Assembly: GCA_965240325.2 (NCBI GenBank)
Contig: OZ251242.1
Location: forward strand, 930,001 to 994,000
Direction of reading: 5' to 3'
Source of the DNA: Rebecca billardiae RCC1528
Taxonomy: Eukaryota; Protista; Haptophyta
DNA length: 64,000 nt
Shown here piece by piece: positions 10,496-21,923 of the stretch; within the stretch, counting starts at the first letter, position 1; every line of letters starts with the position of its first letter. A program made the translations under genes and the position numbers. A model generated the notes under the pieces. It saw only the letters and a program-made list of their open reading frames with translations. It was not told where the DNA came from and made no database searches.

Positions 10496-11533
10496 ATTTG
10501 CCTTACGCAGGACCCCAGTCGGGGATAGTGCGGTCCGTTTGCTCCTACTGCTGCCGCTGACAGTAAGAGGGCTGTTCTTTTTTCAACGTGACAGCGAGTT
10601 CGCCACTCTCTCTGCTCCACGGCGACGTATTCAGGGGATTTATTACCCGCCCCCCTAACCCAGTATCGGCCGACTGCCACTGAGGGGTGCTCCACGGCTT
10701 GCACCCAGCGGGAATTGTTCCCCCGACAGGGACACAGACAGAAGATAAAGATGGGTCGCATCTGAATCGTCAGTCGGCGTCCCTACCGGGGGGTGGGTCT
10801 AAGTGAGTCGTGGGGGTTGGGCAAGCGGCGGTACCGCCCCCCTACACCCCGCGAGTCACCAGCACAGAGGCTGAACAGTGAACCGCTACTGGAGTGGCTT
10901 TTGATTGAATGTCAACAGCCTACTCTTTCATGTTTATTGAATGTCCAGCGCAGCCCTCTCAGCTCAGTTCATGATGTTTTGGCTCGGTAGTCGGTTGTAT
11001 CAGCGGTACTTGTCAACTCCAGAGGGAAAGACTTTGGGCCCACTACAGGCTTTCAAGACTCTCTACCCCGAGCAGATCGTTCCCCATACTGTATACCCTA
11101 TGCATCGATTGTTGATCGGCTGAGTAAATCAACTGGGCGGCGCTCGCGAGCAGTTCCGCAAACACAGTGTCGTCACTCAACCTCCACAGCCTGATGCAGG
11201 AGGCCCCACTACCTCGATCGTCACTGTAACGTGGGATTTAACATCGTCAACTCCAAGGAAAGCTTCTAAGCCTGCCAAACCCGTACTTGAGTGGCTTCCT
11301 TCCCACCCTGGGCTTGCTCTGTGCGTGCGTACACTCATCGTATGTGGTTCCACTGATGAGTGCGTCCGCTGCAAGGTCCAGTGTAGTTAGGCGCGCTGGG
11401 CGGAGCTCGCGAGCCACCGCAGACACAGCATCGTCACTCAACACGATTGTTCAACGCAGCTGTCGAGACTCTCGACCCGGAGGATACAATGTATGTCGCC
11501 CTCTATACAATGTCAATCTTAACCAAACCAACA

Positions 11534-12348
11534 AAAAGAGCTTTGATTCCTACTGTGCGGGGGGGAGCGACCCTGCTCTTCAGCCGGCATGCCGCCTTCA
11601 AGCCTCCCTCCCCAAGATACAGTAGGTGCCAGCCCCCTCCTTCGAAGCGCGACGCAAACACGTGCGCTTGGGTGGGCACGCGCACAGATGCGCCGGCGCA
11701 AGGCGCAACCCCGCGCCCGTCCACTCTCCGCGCCAGGGGCGCGGCGCAGGAGGTGCGCCCGGCCGCAAGACTTCGCCGCAGGACGAAATGGCTGCCACTC
11801 GGTGCGGCGACCGTCGATAGGTTGCCTCTGCCCGCTGCTCGGGGGCCGCACCCGGCCACGGTCCTCGTGCGGCGTGTGATCCTCGTGTGTCGCACGAGCC
11901 TCTGCCTTCGTGGGCTCCGCGTTTGGTCCCGGCTCCGCCTGTCCTCTCCCTTCTGCACTGGCGCGCGCGCGCGCGCGCGGCGGCGATGACTGATCGTACT
12001 TCACACTCTTCCTGTCGCGCGACAGTGTACCTCTGCATCATACGTATTGCCCGTACGGCTGCATCCAAGTACGTTTGTACGTCCTGGATGTTCCATTTGC
12101 CAGCTACCTCTCTCCGAGGCCTCACGCGTTCGGCTGCCTACTGGGCCCTTGGCTGCCAGCTACGATCCGAATGGTGTCTCTCCTTGCGCGCGCGCGCGAC
12201 GCGCGCGGCGCCGCCAACTCTGGTGAGAGCCTCCGCCTGGATCCTGCCTTACTGCCGGCCTCTACCGGCCGTCAATGGCCATGTTGCCAAGGGCCGCCGA
12301 CGGTTGGCCCGACTAAAGTTCTCGTTAGACACTGTGGTCTAAGAGGGG
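11534..12348 (-). repeat. Split direct repeat A1 (5' terminus of the element)
   Basis: Copy of 4098-4907. Abuts host ATATATATAG at 12349. Confidence 0.92.
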
Positions 12349-12615
12349 ATATATATAGTAGTAGCAGTCGCGGCGTAGCCCGGATTTCTAGCAGCGCGAG
12401 TTGATATATGTGACTCGCGTCGCCGTGTGATGATCACGCGATGCTGCCATCACTCGAGACTACTACAGTCGTACGACTCGCGCCGTAGTGCTGTCGAGTG
12501 TCGGCGTGATCCGGATCGGATGCCGACACCTGAGCCGTCGTCAGCGGGGCAGGCGGCACGGCCCATCCCCAGGATCCCCGAACCCAAGTAGAAGTCAACG
12601 CGCAGCCTGGGCAGC

Positions 12616-14169
12616 CTACCCGCTTGGCTGCCCGTCGCCACCGCTCAACAGCTCGCGGATCATGCCGATCGCGTCGCGCAGCACAGCGCGCTGGCCGGAG
12701 CGGTACACGGCAATGTGCACGCGCCGCGCATCGACCTCTGGCATCCCGTGCGCCGCGGAGCTGCCCTCGCCCTCAGCCGCGGCCTGTTTGCGGCTCAGCT
12801 TGAGCGTGCGCTTGTCGGCTGCCGCGGATGGCTTGAGCGTTGCGAGCTTACGCTGCAGCGCGCCGAGCAGGACGCACAGAGCGTCCTCGCTGATCGCCAC
12901 ATTGGCATCCTCCTCCTCGCCGCCCACGCCGGCATCGGCCGACGCGCCACCGTCGCCGGCCGCGGCCGGCGCGCTGACGCCCGCGGCTCCGGGCCCTGCC
13001 AAGTCGCCCATCGCGCGGAGGAGATGCGCGGGCACGCCACCGTGCTCTGCGCGGCGCACGTAGAACGTCTGCCGCACGATGCCAGGCGCCTGCTGCGCCG
13101 AGCCGCCGTCGCGGCCGTCGGCCGGCCGCTCGGCCGCGTCCGCTCCCGGCGGCGGGCGCGCGCTGAGCACGAGAGAAACAGCATCGCATTCTGGGGCGCG
13201 GACGCAGAAGCCGTACGACGCGAGGAGCTCCTCGTTGGGGCGCGCGCCGTAGTTGGAGCACACCTCCTCGCCCGCGCGCACGGATTCGTGCGCCACAAAG
13301 CGCACGGCCGCGCCGCCGCCCTCGCCGTCAGCACCGCCGGTCTCGGCGCTCGCTGCGCCATCGCCGCCGCCATCGCCGCCGCCGCCGCCCGCGTCCAGAA
13401 CGACCGCCCACTCGATCTGGCGGCCGTGCGCGTGGTTGAGCAGGTCGAGCAGGGGCAGCAGCAGCCCCGGCGCCGCGCCCGGCGCGCACTCCGCCCGCCG
13501 CCCCGCCGAAGGCTCCGCGAGGCTCGCCGAGTGCGCGCGAGAGAGGTACATGCCGCGCGCCCAGACAAGTTCATCCTCGCTCGCGCACGCGCGGGGCACG
13601 GCGCCCGCGGCCACGAGCTGCGCGACCGGGCCGGCGGCGAGCCCGCACGCCTCGGCGCGGGCCTGGCGCACGGCGACGCCGACGGGTGTCCCGTCGAGCT
13701 CGGCGCGCAGCTCCTCGGGCCAGCCGCACGGCTCGGGCGACGCGCGGGGCAGCGCGGCAAGATACGGGTGGCACGGGTGCGCAGCGTCCTCGCGGCCGGC
13801 GATCAGGAAGAGCCAGAGCAGGAGCTCGTCGGTGAGCGCGTCGGCGATGCCGACGCGCTCCGCGGCCGCGGTCACCCGCGCGCCGAACTCGCTCGCGCGC
13901 GCCGACGCCGCCGTGATCACGCACGTGAGCGGCACGGACGCGAGCACCGCGCCAGGGCCAAAGTCGCGAGTCGCAAACACGCCCACGCCGCCGTGCCCGT
14001 CGCTCGCGACGCGCAGGCCGTCGAGGTGGGCACCCTCGCCGCGCAGCCAGGAGATCATGCGGTCGGTCAGCGCGAGCGCGTCCCCGGCGGGCCCGTCGCT
14101 GGCCGTGCGCGGCCGCTTCGCGCGGCTGCTGGCATCAGCGTCGTCGTAGTTCGCGGCATTGGACGCCAT
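12616..14169 (-). CDS. SET-domain lysine methyltransferase (Rubisco-LSMT/SETD3-like class)
   Basis: Motifs GGVGVFATRDF..G.VL..VP, PYLAALP, LLPLLDLLNH and GEEVCSNYGARPNEELLASYGF. Intronless, ATG at 14169. Confidence 0.9.
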   Translation of the reverse strand: MASNAANYDDADASSRAKRPRTASDGPAGDALALTDRMISWLRGEGAHLDGLRVASDGHGGVGVFATRDFGPGAVLASVPLTCVITAASARASEFGARVTAAAERVGIADALTDELLLWLFLIAGREDAAHPCHPYLAALPRASPEPCGWPEELRAELDGTPVGVAVRQARAEACGLAAGPVAQLVAAGAVPRACASEDELVWARGMYLSRAHSASLAEPSAGRRAECAPGAAPGLLLPLLDLLNHAHGRQIEWAVVLDAGGGGGDGGGDGAASAETGGADGEGGGAAVRFVAHESVRAGEEVCSNYGARPNEELLASYGFCVRAPECDAVSLVLSARPPPGADAAERPADGRDGGSAQQAPGIVRQTFYVRRAEHGGVPAHLLRAMGDLAGPGAAGVSAPAAAGDGGASADAGVGGEEEDANVAISEDALCVLLGALQRKLATLKPSAAADKRTLKLSRKQAAAEGEGSSAAHGMPEVDARRVHIAVYRSGQRAVLRDAIGMIRELLSGGDGQPSG

Positions 14170-14804
14170 CGTTCCGACGACGAGGTCCGTGAACACCTTA
14201 TCTCGCCTGCCTGAGCTGTGTGCGTCTCTTAAGGTGTGATGGAGGGTAGCTGGGAGCTCAGATCAGATCAGCTGCGAGCGCAGCGAGCAGCATAAAGGTG
14301 GGTGGCGACGACGAAAAATGATGAATAATGATATATAAAAATGTTTATTGGCGCTTGTTGACGACTCGTCATGCGTGCGCGCACGCCGTCTTATAGGCAT
14401 CAGTTGGAAGTGCTGTCCACACAGGTCCGTGTCTGACGAGGTCACTGCTATTGTGTAATACTAATAGTGCAGAAATCTCTGAATGCGAGAGTATGTCGTC
14501 ATCAGCGCTGACATCCGGAGGTGTGTGTTATGTGACAGTGTGTACACATTATTCACATATTCAGACGCGCCGTGGCGGCGTCCCGCCGTCCGCGTACGCG
14601 GTTTTATCGCGCGGGAACCGCTGCACTGACGGGTCTGACGCCAGGCACTGCTACTGTGGAGTATGAAATCTTAATGCGAGAGTATATCGTCAGCGCTGAC
14701 ATCAGCATATTGAGGTGTGCGTACACATATTCAGACGTGGCGCACTCGCATCAGTGATCAGACGTCATCAGCGCCCAGCATCCGATCAGGTTGACCCTGT
14801 CGTC

Positions 14805-15131
14805 TCAGTCGTACTGCATGCCGGTCTCAAGCGCAAGGATCGCTCCCGTCTGTGCCTCGGCCGCCCACGGCGCGTACAGTTTGGTGCGCAGGCAGTCGAC
14901 CTCCTCCGGTGCGAAGGTGCGCTGGCTGTGGCGGTCGCCCAGGCACATCATGCCCGTGGATGAGACGCCTGCGATGGCGTGCGGCACGCTGCCGGGGTGG
15001 CTCGAGCTGCCCGCTGGCTCGGCAGCTGCTGTGTCGGCAGTCACGGAAGAGGTCGCGTCAGCGTGCGAGCAGCTGCCTGCCGCGCTAGGCGCGACATCGT
15101 GCTGCTCGTGCATATCGAGACTCGCGTACAC
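14805..15131 (-). CDS. Hypothetical small ORF or gene remnant
   Basis: 108-aa ORF with plausible composition but no recognisable domain, and a non-ATG start. Confidence 0.2.
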   Translation of the reverse strand: MYASLDMHEQHDVAPSAAGSCSHADATSSVTADTAAAEPAGSSSHPGSVPHAIAGVSSTGMMCLGDRHSQRTFAPEEVDCLRTKLYAPWAAEAQTGAILALETGMQYD

Positions 15132-15439
15132 CTCCGTGGCGATCGCGGCGCCGCCATCGTCGCCAGCTGACTAGTTTCGTCGTAACGCAAGTACGCAACG
15201 AGCTTCGCGCACATTCACCCCGAAACCCAACCCGCAATCACGGATCCACCGCGTGCTCACCACTGCCACGGATCCACCGCGTGCCACCAATAATTTGGTG
15301 AACGAGGCGCGGCACTGCGCCCACGCATGCGTGCGTGCTGCTCGGCCCGGATGATGCTTGCTGTGCGTGCCCATGCGACGGACCTGTGTGCCATGCACCG
15401 CGCTGGCATTGTTGCCACGTCCCACCGCACCGTCGCCGC

Positions 15440-15780
15440 TCGTGTTGCCACTGCTGGTGCTGCCTCTTCTGTCTCTGCCTCTTCTGTCTTCGTGCCACCG
15501 CTCGACCCCTGCCATGCACGTGCGAGGCTGTTGCCCGTGTGAGAGAGGTGCTCGGCCGTGTGTTTGGGGCAGTTTCTGCTGTGCTTGCGAACCTGCTGGT
15601 CAGAACGCTCGTGTTGCCATTGCTCGTGCTGCCTCTTCTGTCTTCGTGTGCCGCTCGACCGCTGCCGAGCACGTGCGACGCTGTGGCTCGTGTGAGAGAG
15701 GTGCTCACCTGTGTGTTTGGGGCAGTCTCTGCTGTGCTTGCCAACCTTTTCTGCTGTGCTTGCCAACCTGCTGCTCAGAA
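15440..15780. repeat. Imperfect tandem duplication, ~153-bp period, with internal TGCTGTGCTTGCCAACC subrepeats
   Basis: GTGTGAGAGAGGTGCTC occurs at ~15537 and ~15690. The duplicated peptide ASTAETAPNT...LTRATASHV appears in the minus-strand ORF. Confidence 0.75.
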
Positions 15781-16009
15781 CAGATCCGACGATGACGATT
15801 GCCTGTGCCGCCGTGTTAGCAAACTCCCAGGCCAGCCCACCACTGGCAGGCCTTGGGTCGGCTCTTCCTCCGCTGCGGGCACATCTCTTTCTCCATGGAT
15901 ACCGGACTTTATAAGTCCGGGCTCTATGGGGAGCTGAGCAATCTGCCGAGCGGAGCAAGAGCTGATATAAAAAACAGCGTATTCTGAGTAAACTGTAGGC
16001 GGCGCCGGC

Positions 16010-18436
16010 CGGCAGCGCTAAATCAGCCCGGGGCTTATCTCGGCCCGGGCCGATTTAAGCGCTTAAATCGGCCCGGGCTGAGATAAGCTCCGCGCGAGCT
16101 TATTTATCTCAGCGCACGTCGCGCGGTGCGGCCCGCCCGCTCCATGGCTGCACGCGCTGCTGTGTCTTCGGTGGCCACAGGGTGAAGTGTGCTGAGTCTA
16201 GTGGCGGGCGCCCAGCTCCACCCACCCCCTTCTCCCTGGCCCGCCCCGCCTGCCCTCACCCGCATCGGATGCCTTCCTCGCGCATGCAACTCCACGGCGG
16301 CAACTCGGCTTGTGGACTTGCTGCCCGCATGAGAAGCATGCAGCCAACACCATGGACGCACCATCGACGTTCGCCAGTTGACCATGTCCGCGCGTAGTCG
16401 CACGCGGGTGAACACGGCCCGTGCGCTACAGTCGGTTGTGTGCTGTTGCCATTGCACGTTGTTCAAAATGTGCTGAACGTTGCCACCGCGGCCGCCGCGC
16501 GCGGGCGTACCGGTGCCAGCGGCACAGGCATGGGCACCGGCGCAGCTCCATGGACGATCATGGCGCTGCGGCTAGTGGGCGCGCCGACGCCGGCACGCCC
16601 GCAGCTGTCGGCGCGCACGGCGAGCACGCCAAGCTCGCAGCGCGTGCCGCGGCTCAGGGGCTGGTGCGCACGGACAGCAAGCTAAGGTTGCGGTGTGCGC
16701 CGCGGTCCGCACGCACGCAGCGGCCGCCGCATGCGCCACGCGCGCGGTGGCCGCCGCGCGGGCCGCGGTTGCCGCGCGCGCCGTGGCTGCCGCGCGCGCC
16801 GCGGCGGACCAGCGCGCCGCGGCCGTGCGCGACGACCGAAGGCTAGTCTGTGGCGGATAGCCAGCGAGCGCGCCGCCGCGGCCAGTGAGCGCGCAGCGGC
16901 CGGCGAGCACGCTCAGCCTCATCGCGCAACTGTCACGTGTTGGCGCCAGGCTTGATGGGCACCTGCGGCGTTGGGCCAATGGGCATCTGTGGCCCGTGCG
17001 GTGCGCGCTCGCCGGTTGCGGTGGCGCGCTCGCCAATACCTACGCATGCTGGCGCGGCCTGCTCACCGGTCGCGGTGGCGCAAGCCCCGGCTGCACCATC
17101 CATCCGCGCCGGTTGCGGCGCGCTCACTAGCCGCAGCGGCAAGCTCGCTATCCGCCACAGACTCGCCTTCGGTCGCCGTGCGCGGGGCGGTCGCGGCGCG
17201 TTGGTCAGCCTCGGCGCGCTCGCCGGCCGCGGCGCGCGCGGCAGCCGCGGCGCGCGCAGCAGCCACGGCGCGCTCGCCGGCCGGGCGCGACGGCCGAGTT
17301 ACGCTGTCTGCCGCCGTGGCGCGCTTACCGGCCGCAGCGCGCGTGGCAGCCGCGGCGCAATCGCCAGCCGCGCGGCGCGCGGCAGCCGCGGCGCGCTCAC
17401 CGGCCGGGCGCGCGCAGCAGCCGCGGCGCACTCGCCGGCCGCGGCGCGCTCGCCGGCCGGGCGCGCTCAGCAGCCGCGGCGCGCTCGCCGGCCGCGGCGC
17501 GCTCGCCGGCCGCGGCGCGCTCGCCGGCTGCGGCGCGCAAGACGGCTGCGGCGCGCGCGGCGGCCGTTGTGTGCACGCGGACCACGGTGCGCGCGGTGAC
17601 CTTGGCGTGCTCGCCAAGCGCGCCGAAAGCTGCGAGCGCGACGGCGCCGGTGAGCCCACCAGCTGCGGCGCCACGACCGTCGACAGTGTATTACTCTGCC
17701 GAAGCGCCTGCCACACTTGAGACGCAGCGAGCCGCACACCACAGCTGTCAGCCGATGGTCCAAGCTCGGTCGTGAACCGGCAGCCGCCGCGCAGAGTAGT
17801 GCGCCGCGCGAAGGGACCGTTTCGATCTGACGGGATCGCGATGATTGGCTGATCCAGCGTCGAGCGTGACCGGCAAGTATGCCAAGCTGGGCAAGCACAT
17901 GCCGCAACGCGCGAACGGTACAAGGGCAACGTGGTACAAGGGCAACGGCACACGGCAGACAGGTGCACGTGGGCCGTGGCCACATGCGTGCGATTACACA
18001 TGACACACATGTACAGCACACGACGTACAAGTACCCGCGACCGTCGATGGTGGAATCGATGGTGGAACAATGGCGTTGGCTGAGGCCGTTGCATGCGCGA
18101 GGAAGGCATCCGATGCAGGCGAGGGCAGGCGGGGCGGGCCAGGGAGAAGGGGGTGGGTGGAGCTGGGCCCGCCACTAGACTCAGCACACTTCACCCTGTG
18201 GCCACCGAAGACACAGCAGCGCGTGCAGCCATGGAGCGGGCGGGCCGCACCGCGCGACGTGCGCTCCGAGTCCACGGCGGCCGAGTCGCGAGCCGCTGGG
18301 CTGAGATAAGCGCTTATCTCAGCCCGGGCTGAGATAAGCTCGCGCGGAGCTTATCTCAGCCCGGGCCGATTTAAGCGCTTAAATCGGCCCGGGCTGAGAT
18401 AAGCTTAAATCGGCCCGGGCTGATTTAGCGCTGCCG
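16010..18436. mobile_element. Non-autonomous foldback/MULE-like DNA transposon
   Basis: Long TIRs at 16010-16290 and 18088-18436 (CGGCAGCGCTAAATCAGCCCGG...CCGGGCTGATTTAGCGCTGCCG). 9-bp TSD GGCGCCGGC at 16001-16009 and 18437-18445. Interior is a degenerate palindrome with 18-bp tandem units. No transposase. Confidence 0.88.
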
Positions 18437-18677
18437 GGCGCCGGCGGCGGCAGCACCGGAGTTCTTCATCGGACTTCGATCGTCACTTGCTTTGACACTC
18501 ACCATGACTACGGACACTACTATATCTAACTACGCTTCGAACCGTTGTCGTCTACCGAGTCCGCGGTGGACTCAACCGGTGTCGCCTGTCGGTGGCCGGC
18601 TCGTCATACTGTTGTAGCACCTGTCTGTCTACATCGCAACCCTTCATCACTGTGAACCGTCAGGTCGCGCCGCGCGT

Positions 18678-21600
18678 TCACGTTGCGCCCGCGCCCGCGG
18701 GTGCTGGCTGCAGGCGCAGCTGCGCGCGCGCCTCGTCCAGCACAGCCTGGTCGACGCCGGCAGCGGCGGCCATGCTGACGAGCTCCTCGGCAAGCTCGCC
18801 CTCGGCGGCCACGGCGGGCGCGTCCTCGAGCGCGTGCGCGAGCAGCACCTCCGCCTCCACCGCGAGAGGGTCGGGCTCACCAAGCCCACCCGCAAGCCAC
18901 GTGGCGTTGAGCGCGGCGCTCGGCTCGGCAGCGATGCGCGGCACCTTGTGGGCCGGCGGCTCGGCGGCGGCGTCGGCGGCCGCGTCGGCGCCGGCGGCCG
19001 CCGCCGCGCGCTTCGCCGCCCGGCGGCGGCGCGTGGCCTCGTGCGCGCGGCGCACCTCGTCCAGCACCGTCACGCGCGCGCGGCGGAACTCCGCGTGCGC
19101 GGGCGCCGGCCGCACGCGCGAGAGCGGGACCGTCGCCTCCTCCCATGAAACGCGCATGCGCACGCGGCAGCTGCGCGGCTCGGCGGCGGTCGGCGCGGCG
19201 GCGGCCGGCGCGTCGGCGTGCGAATCGGCAGCCTCGGCCATCGGCGCATCTTCCGCGCCGTGCGCGCCGGCCGCGGCCCCGCGCGGCGCGGGCGCGCCCG
19301 CGCCGCCCGCCGCGCCCGCCTCCGCCGCGCCCGCCTCCGCCGCGCCCGCCTCGGCCGCGCCCGCCTCGGCCGCGCCCGCCTCGGCCGCGCCCGCCTCCGC
19401 CGCGCCCGCCTCCGCCGCGCCCGCCTCCGCCGCGCCCGCCTCCGCCGCGCCCGCCTCCGCCGCGCCCGCCTCCGCCGCGCCCGCCTCGGCCGCGCCCGCC
19501 TCCGCCGCGCCCGCCTCGGCCGCGCCCGCCTCCGCCGCGCCCAGCACCAGAGCCTCCCACCACACGTCGTCCTGAAGCACCTCGACGCGCTCGGACGGCC
19601 GCGGCCGCCAGCCGAGCGGCGCGCCCGCGATCGGCGGCCGGAGGCGGGTGGCCGGCAGCTCCTCCTGATGCGGGGCGTTGCGGGCGGGCGGGCGGGAAGG
19701 GAGTGCGGTGGGGGGCCGGTGAGAATGTGCCCGCGCGCCCGCGGCTGGGCGCGCGGCCCGGCGCGCTGCGCGGCCGCAGCAGCGCGCGCGGCCGCCGCAG
19801 AGACGCCGCGCCGCGCCACACCTGCAGGGGCTCCGCGCCCGCGCCGGTGACAAAGTTGAGATACTCCACGACCACCCGCGGCGCGGCCTCGTCCTCCAGC
19901 CGGTCCTGCTCGGGCAGCGAGAGTCCGGACGATCCGGGGAGGCGCGCGCCCGATCCGGGGCGCGCGCCCGCCTTGCGCCGCGCGCGGCCCGCCGGTCGGA
20001 TCACCCGGACTACGCTCGCCCTGGACCAGGACCAGAGGAATCCGTCGTCGAGATTCCGAACGTCCACGAGGCTGCCCGGCGCGGCCGCGCCGCCCACGTC
20101 CGCGCTGGGCAGCACCTGGCGCGCGAGCCGCGCCTCGAACGCAGCCAGTAGCTCCTCCGAGCCCACCTGCGATTCGAGCGCCCACACGTGCGTGCGCTCG
20201 GCGCGCGGCGTGACAAGGTACCGCCACTCCTGCGGCCGGAGCGGTGCGGAGGCGGCGGGAGGCGGCGCGGCGGGGGCGGGTGGCGTCGACACCGCGCGCG
20301 CGGGCGAACGCGGCGGCGAGGGAGGGGCTGGGGGGCTGGGGCCACGGCCAGCTGCGGCGAGCGTGCGCACCCGCGCGCGCGCGACCCCGCGCGCGCACGC
20401 GCAAGCGCTCGCCGCAGCTGCCGCGCGGGTCACGCGACGCCCGATGCGCGGCGACGGCGCGCGCGGACGAGCGCGCAGCTCTCGGACGCGCAGCCCCCGA
20501 CCCCAAACCCCCGCGGGCGCGCACACGCGCGCCAGCCAGCGCGCAACCATGCAGCCGCGGGCAGGCAGGCGCGCGCGCGCGCGCGGGCCATGCGCGCGCG
20601 TGCACGCACCTGCTCAGCTTCGTCAAAGCGCAGGGCGTGGACGGCGTCGATCTCGATCGGGGAGTCGTCCACGCCCGACGACTCGGAGGCGCTCCCGTCG
20701 ACGACCCTCGCGCCCCCCGCCCCCAAAGCCGCCGTCGCCGCCGCCGCGTGGCCGGCGCACGTCGCTCCTTTAGGCGCGACACCGCCGCTCCGCGCGGCGG
20801 CCATGGCGCGCTTGCTTTCGACTCGAGCGCTCTCCGCCTCGGCGGCGGCGGCGGCGGCCTGCGCCGCCTCCGCCGCCTCCGCCGCCGCCTTCGCCTCCGC
20901 CGCCTCGCGCTCCTTGCGCTCCACCATCTTGAGCAGCCACTCCGGCATATTCCGCCGAGGCTGCGAGGCGCCACCGGCCTTTGCGGCGGGCACGCCCGCG
21001 GCGGCCGCGCCCGCCGCTCCGCCCGCAGCGCCGCCTCCGCCGTTGGGCACTGCGCTGCCGGCCGGGGCTCTCGGCGCCGCGGGCGCGCGGGGCGATGGCG
21101 CCGAGGCGGGCGCGCCCGCGCCCGTAGGGCGCGCGCCCGCCGCCCCGCCCGCCGCCGTCGGTCGGCTCTGCGCCGCCGCACCCGCCGACTGCACCCTTGG
21201 GGTCGGCACGCGCGCCGCGGCCGCGCTCGCGGCCGCGGCGGTCGCGGCCGCGGCGCGCGCCGCGGCCTCCTTCTCGCGCTCGAGCCTCGCGGCCTCGGCG
21301 GCCTTGGCGCGGCGCGACGTGGCGATCGACTCGCGCTTCGCCTCGGCGATGCGCCGCGCGCGCTCCTTCGCTCTCTCCTCGTTCTGATGTTGAGCCTTTC
21401 GGATGGCGGCGAGCGTCGTCGCGTCGACGCCCTGACCCTTGGAGCCCGCGGCGTCGAGGCCGACGCCGGCGGCGGGCATCGAGCCGTGCGTCTTGCTCAG
21501 CGCGACCACGTCATCCACGCCGGAGTGCATCCGCCTCTCCACGTCCGCCGCCTCGGGCGGCGGCACGAAGCGCGGAGAGATGGCCGCCTCCGAGTCGGCC

Positions 21601-21923
21601 GCGGCGGCCGAGCGGCGCTTCAGAATGCCGACGGGCTGGTGCGGGGCCGGCGGCGAGGCGAGCGGTGGCGGCGGCGGCGGCAGGCGCGACGGCTGCTGTG
21701 TCACCACCGCCGGCGGCGGTGCGGCGGCTGGCCGCGCCGCGCGGCGCGGGTCGATCGGCTGGCCCGCTTGGCGGCGGCGCGTGTTCAGATCGGCGACGAG
21801 CCGCGCCATGTCGACGCCGCCGACGCCCTGGAAGTAGTCGTCACGGTCGATGGAGTGGTCGAGCTCCCATAGCTGCGCGAAGAGCTGCTCTGCGCGCTCG
21901 AACGCCTGCTCGTCCGTGGCCAT
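18678..21923 (-). CDS. Chromo-like plus tandem Agenet/Tudor domain protein; 3 exons (21923-20610, 20229-19822, 19664-18678)
   Basis: Two GT-AG phase-0 introns. Chromo-like IDAVHALRFDEAEQ/EWRYLV...HVWALES. Agenet-like GSLVDVRNLDDGFLWSWSRASV...VEY..EPLQEELPATRLRP and ERVEVLQDDVWWEALV...VPLSRVRP. Confidence 0.8.
19308..19542 (-). repeat. Coding 15-bp minisatellite, ~15 x GAAEA
   Basis: Tandem array of GCGCCCGCCTC(C/G)GCC. Confidence 0.95.

Larger units (their letters stand above)
3580..12348 (-). mobile_element. Near-complete Ngaro-like YR retrotransposon, copy 2, with split direct repeats A1-gag-RT/RH-YR-B1-A2-B2
   Basis: A repeats at 11534-12348 and 4098-4907. B repeats at 5099-5445 and 3579-3925. 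Gene order gag, RT, RNase H, tyrosine recombinase. No integrase and no LTRs. Confidence 0.92.

Noticed and set aside
1-10925. Tandem copies as a pure assembly duplication
   Set aside because: The copies differ by a synonymous SNP and two indels and have a structured junction. This is not fully excluded without reads.
11350-11385. CTGATGA hammerhead ribozyme core
   Set aside because: No stem II followed by GAAA at a suitable distance.
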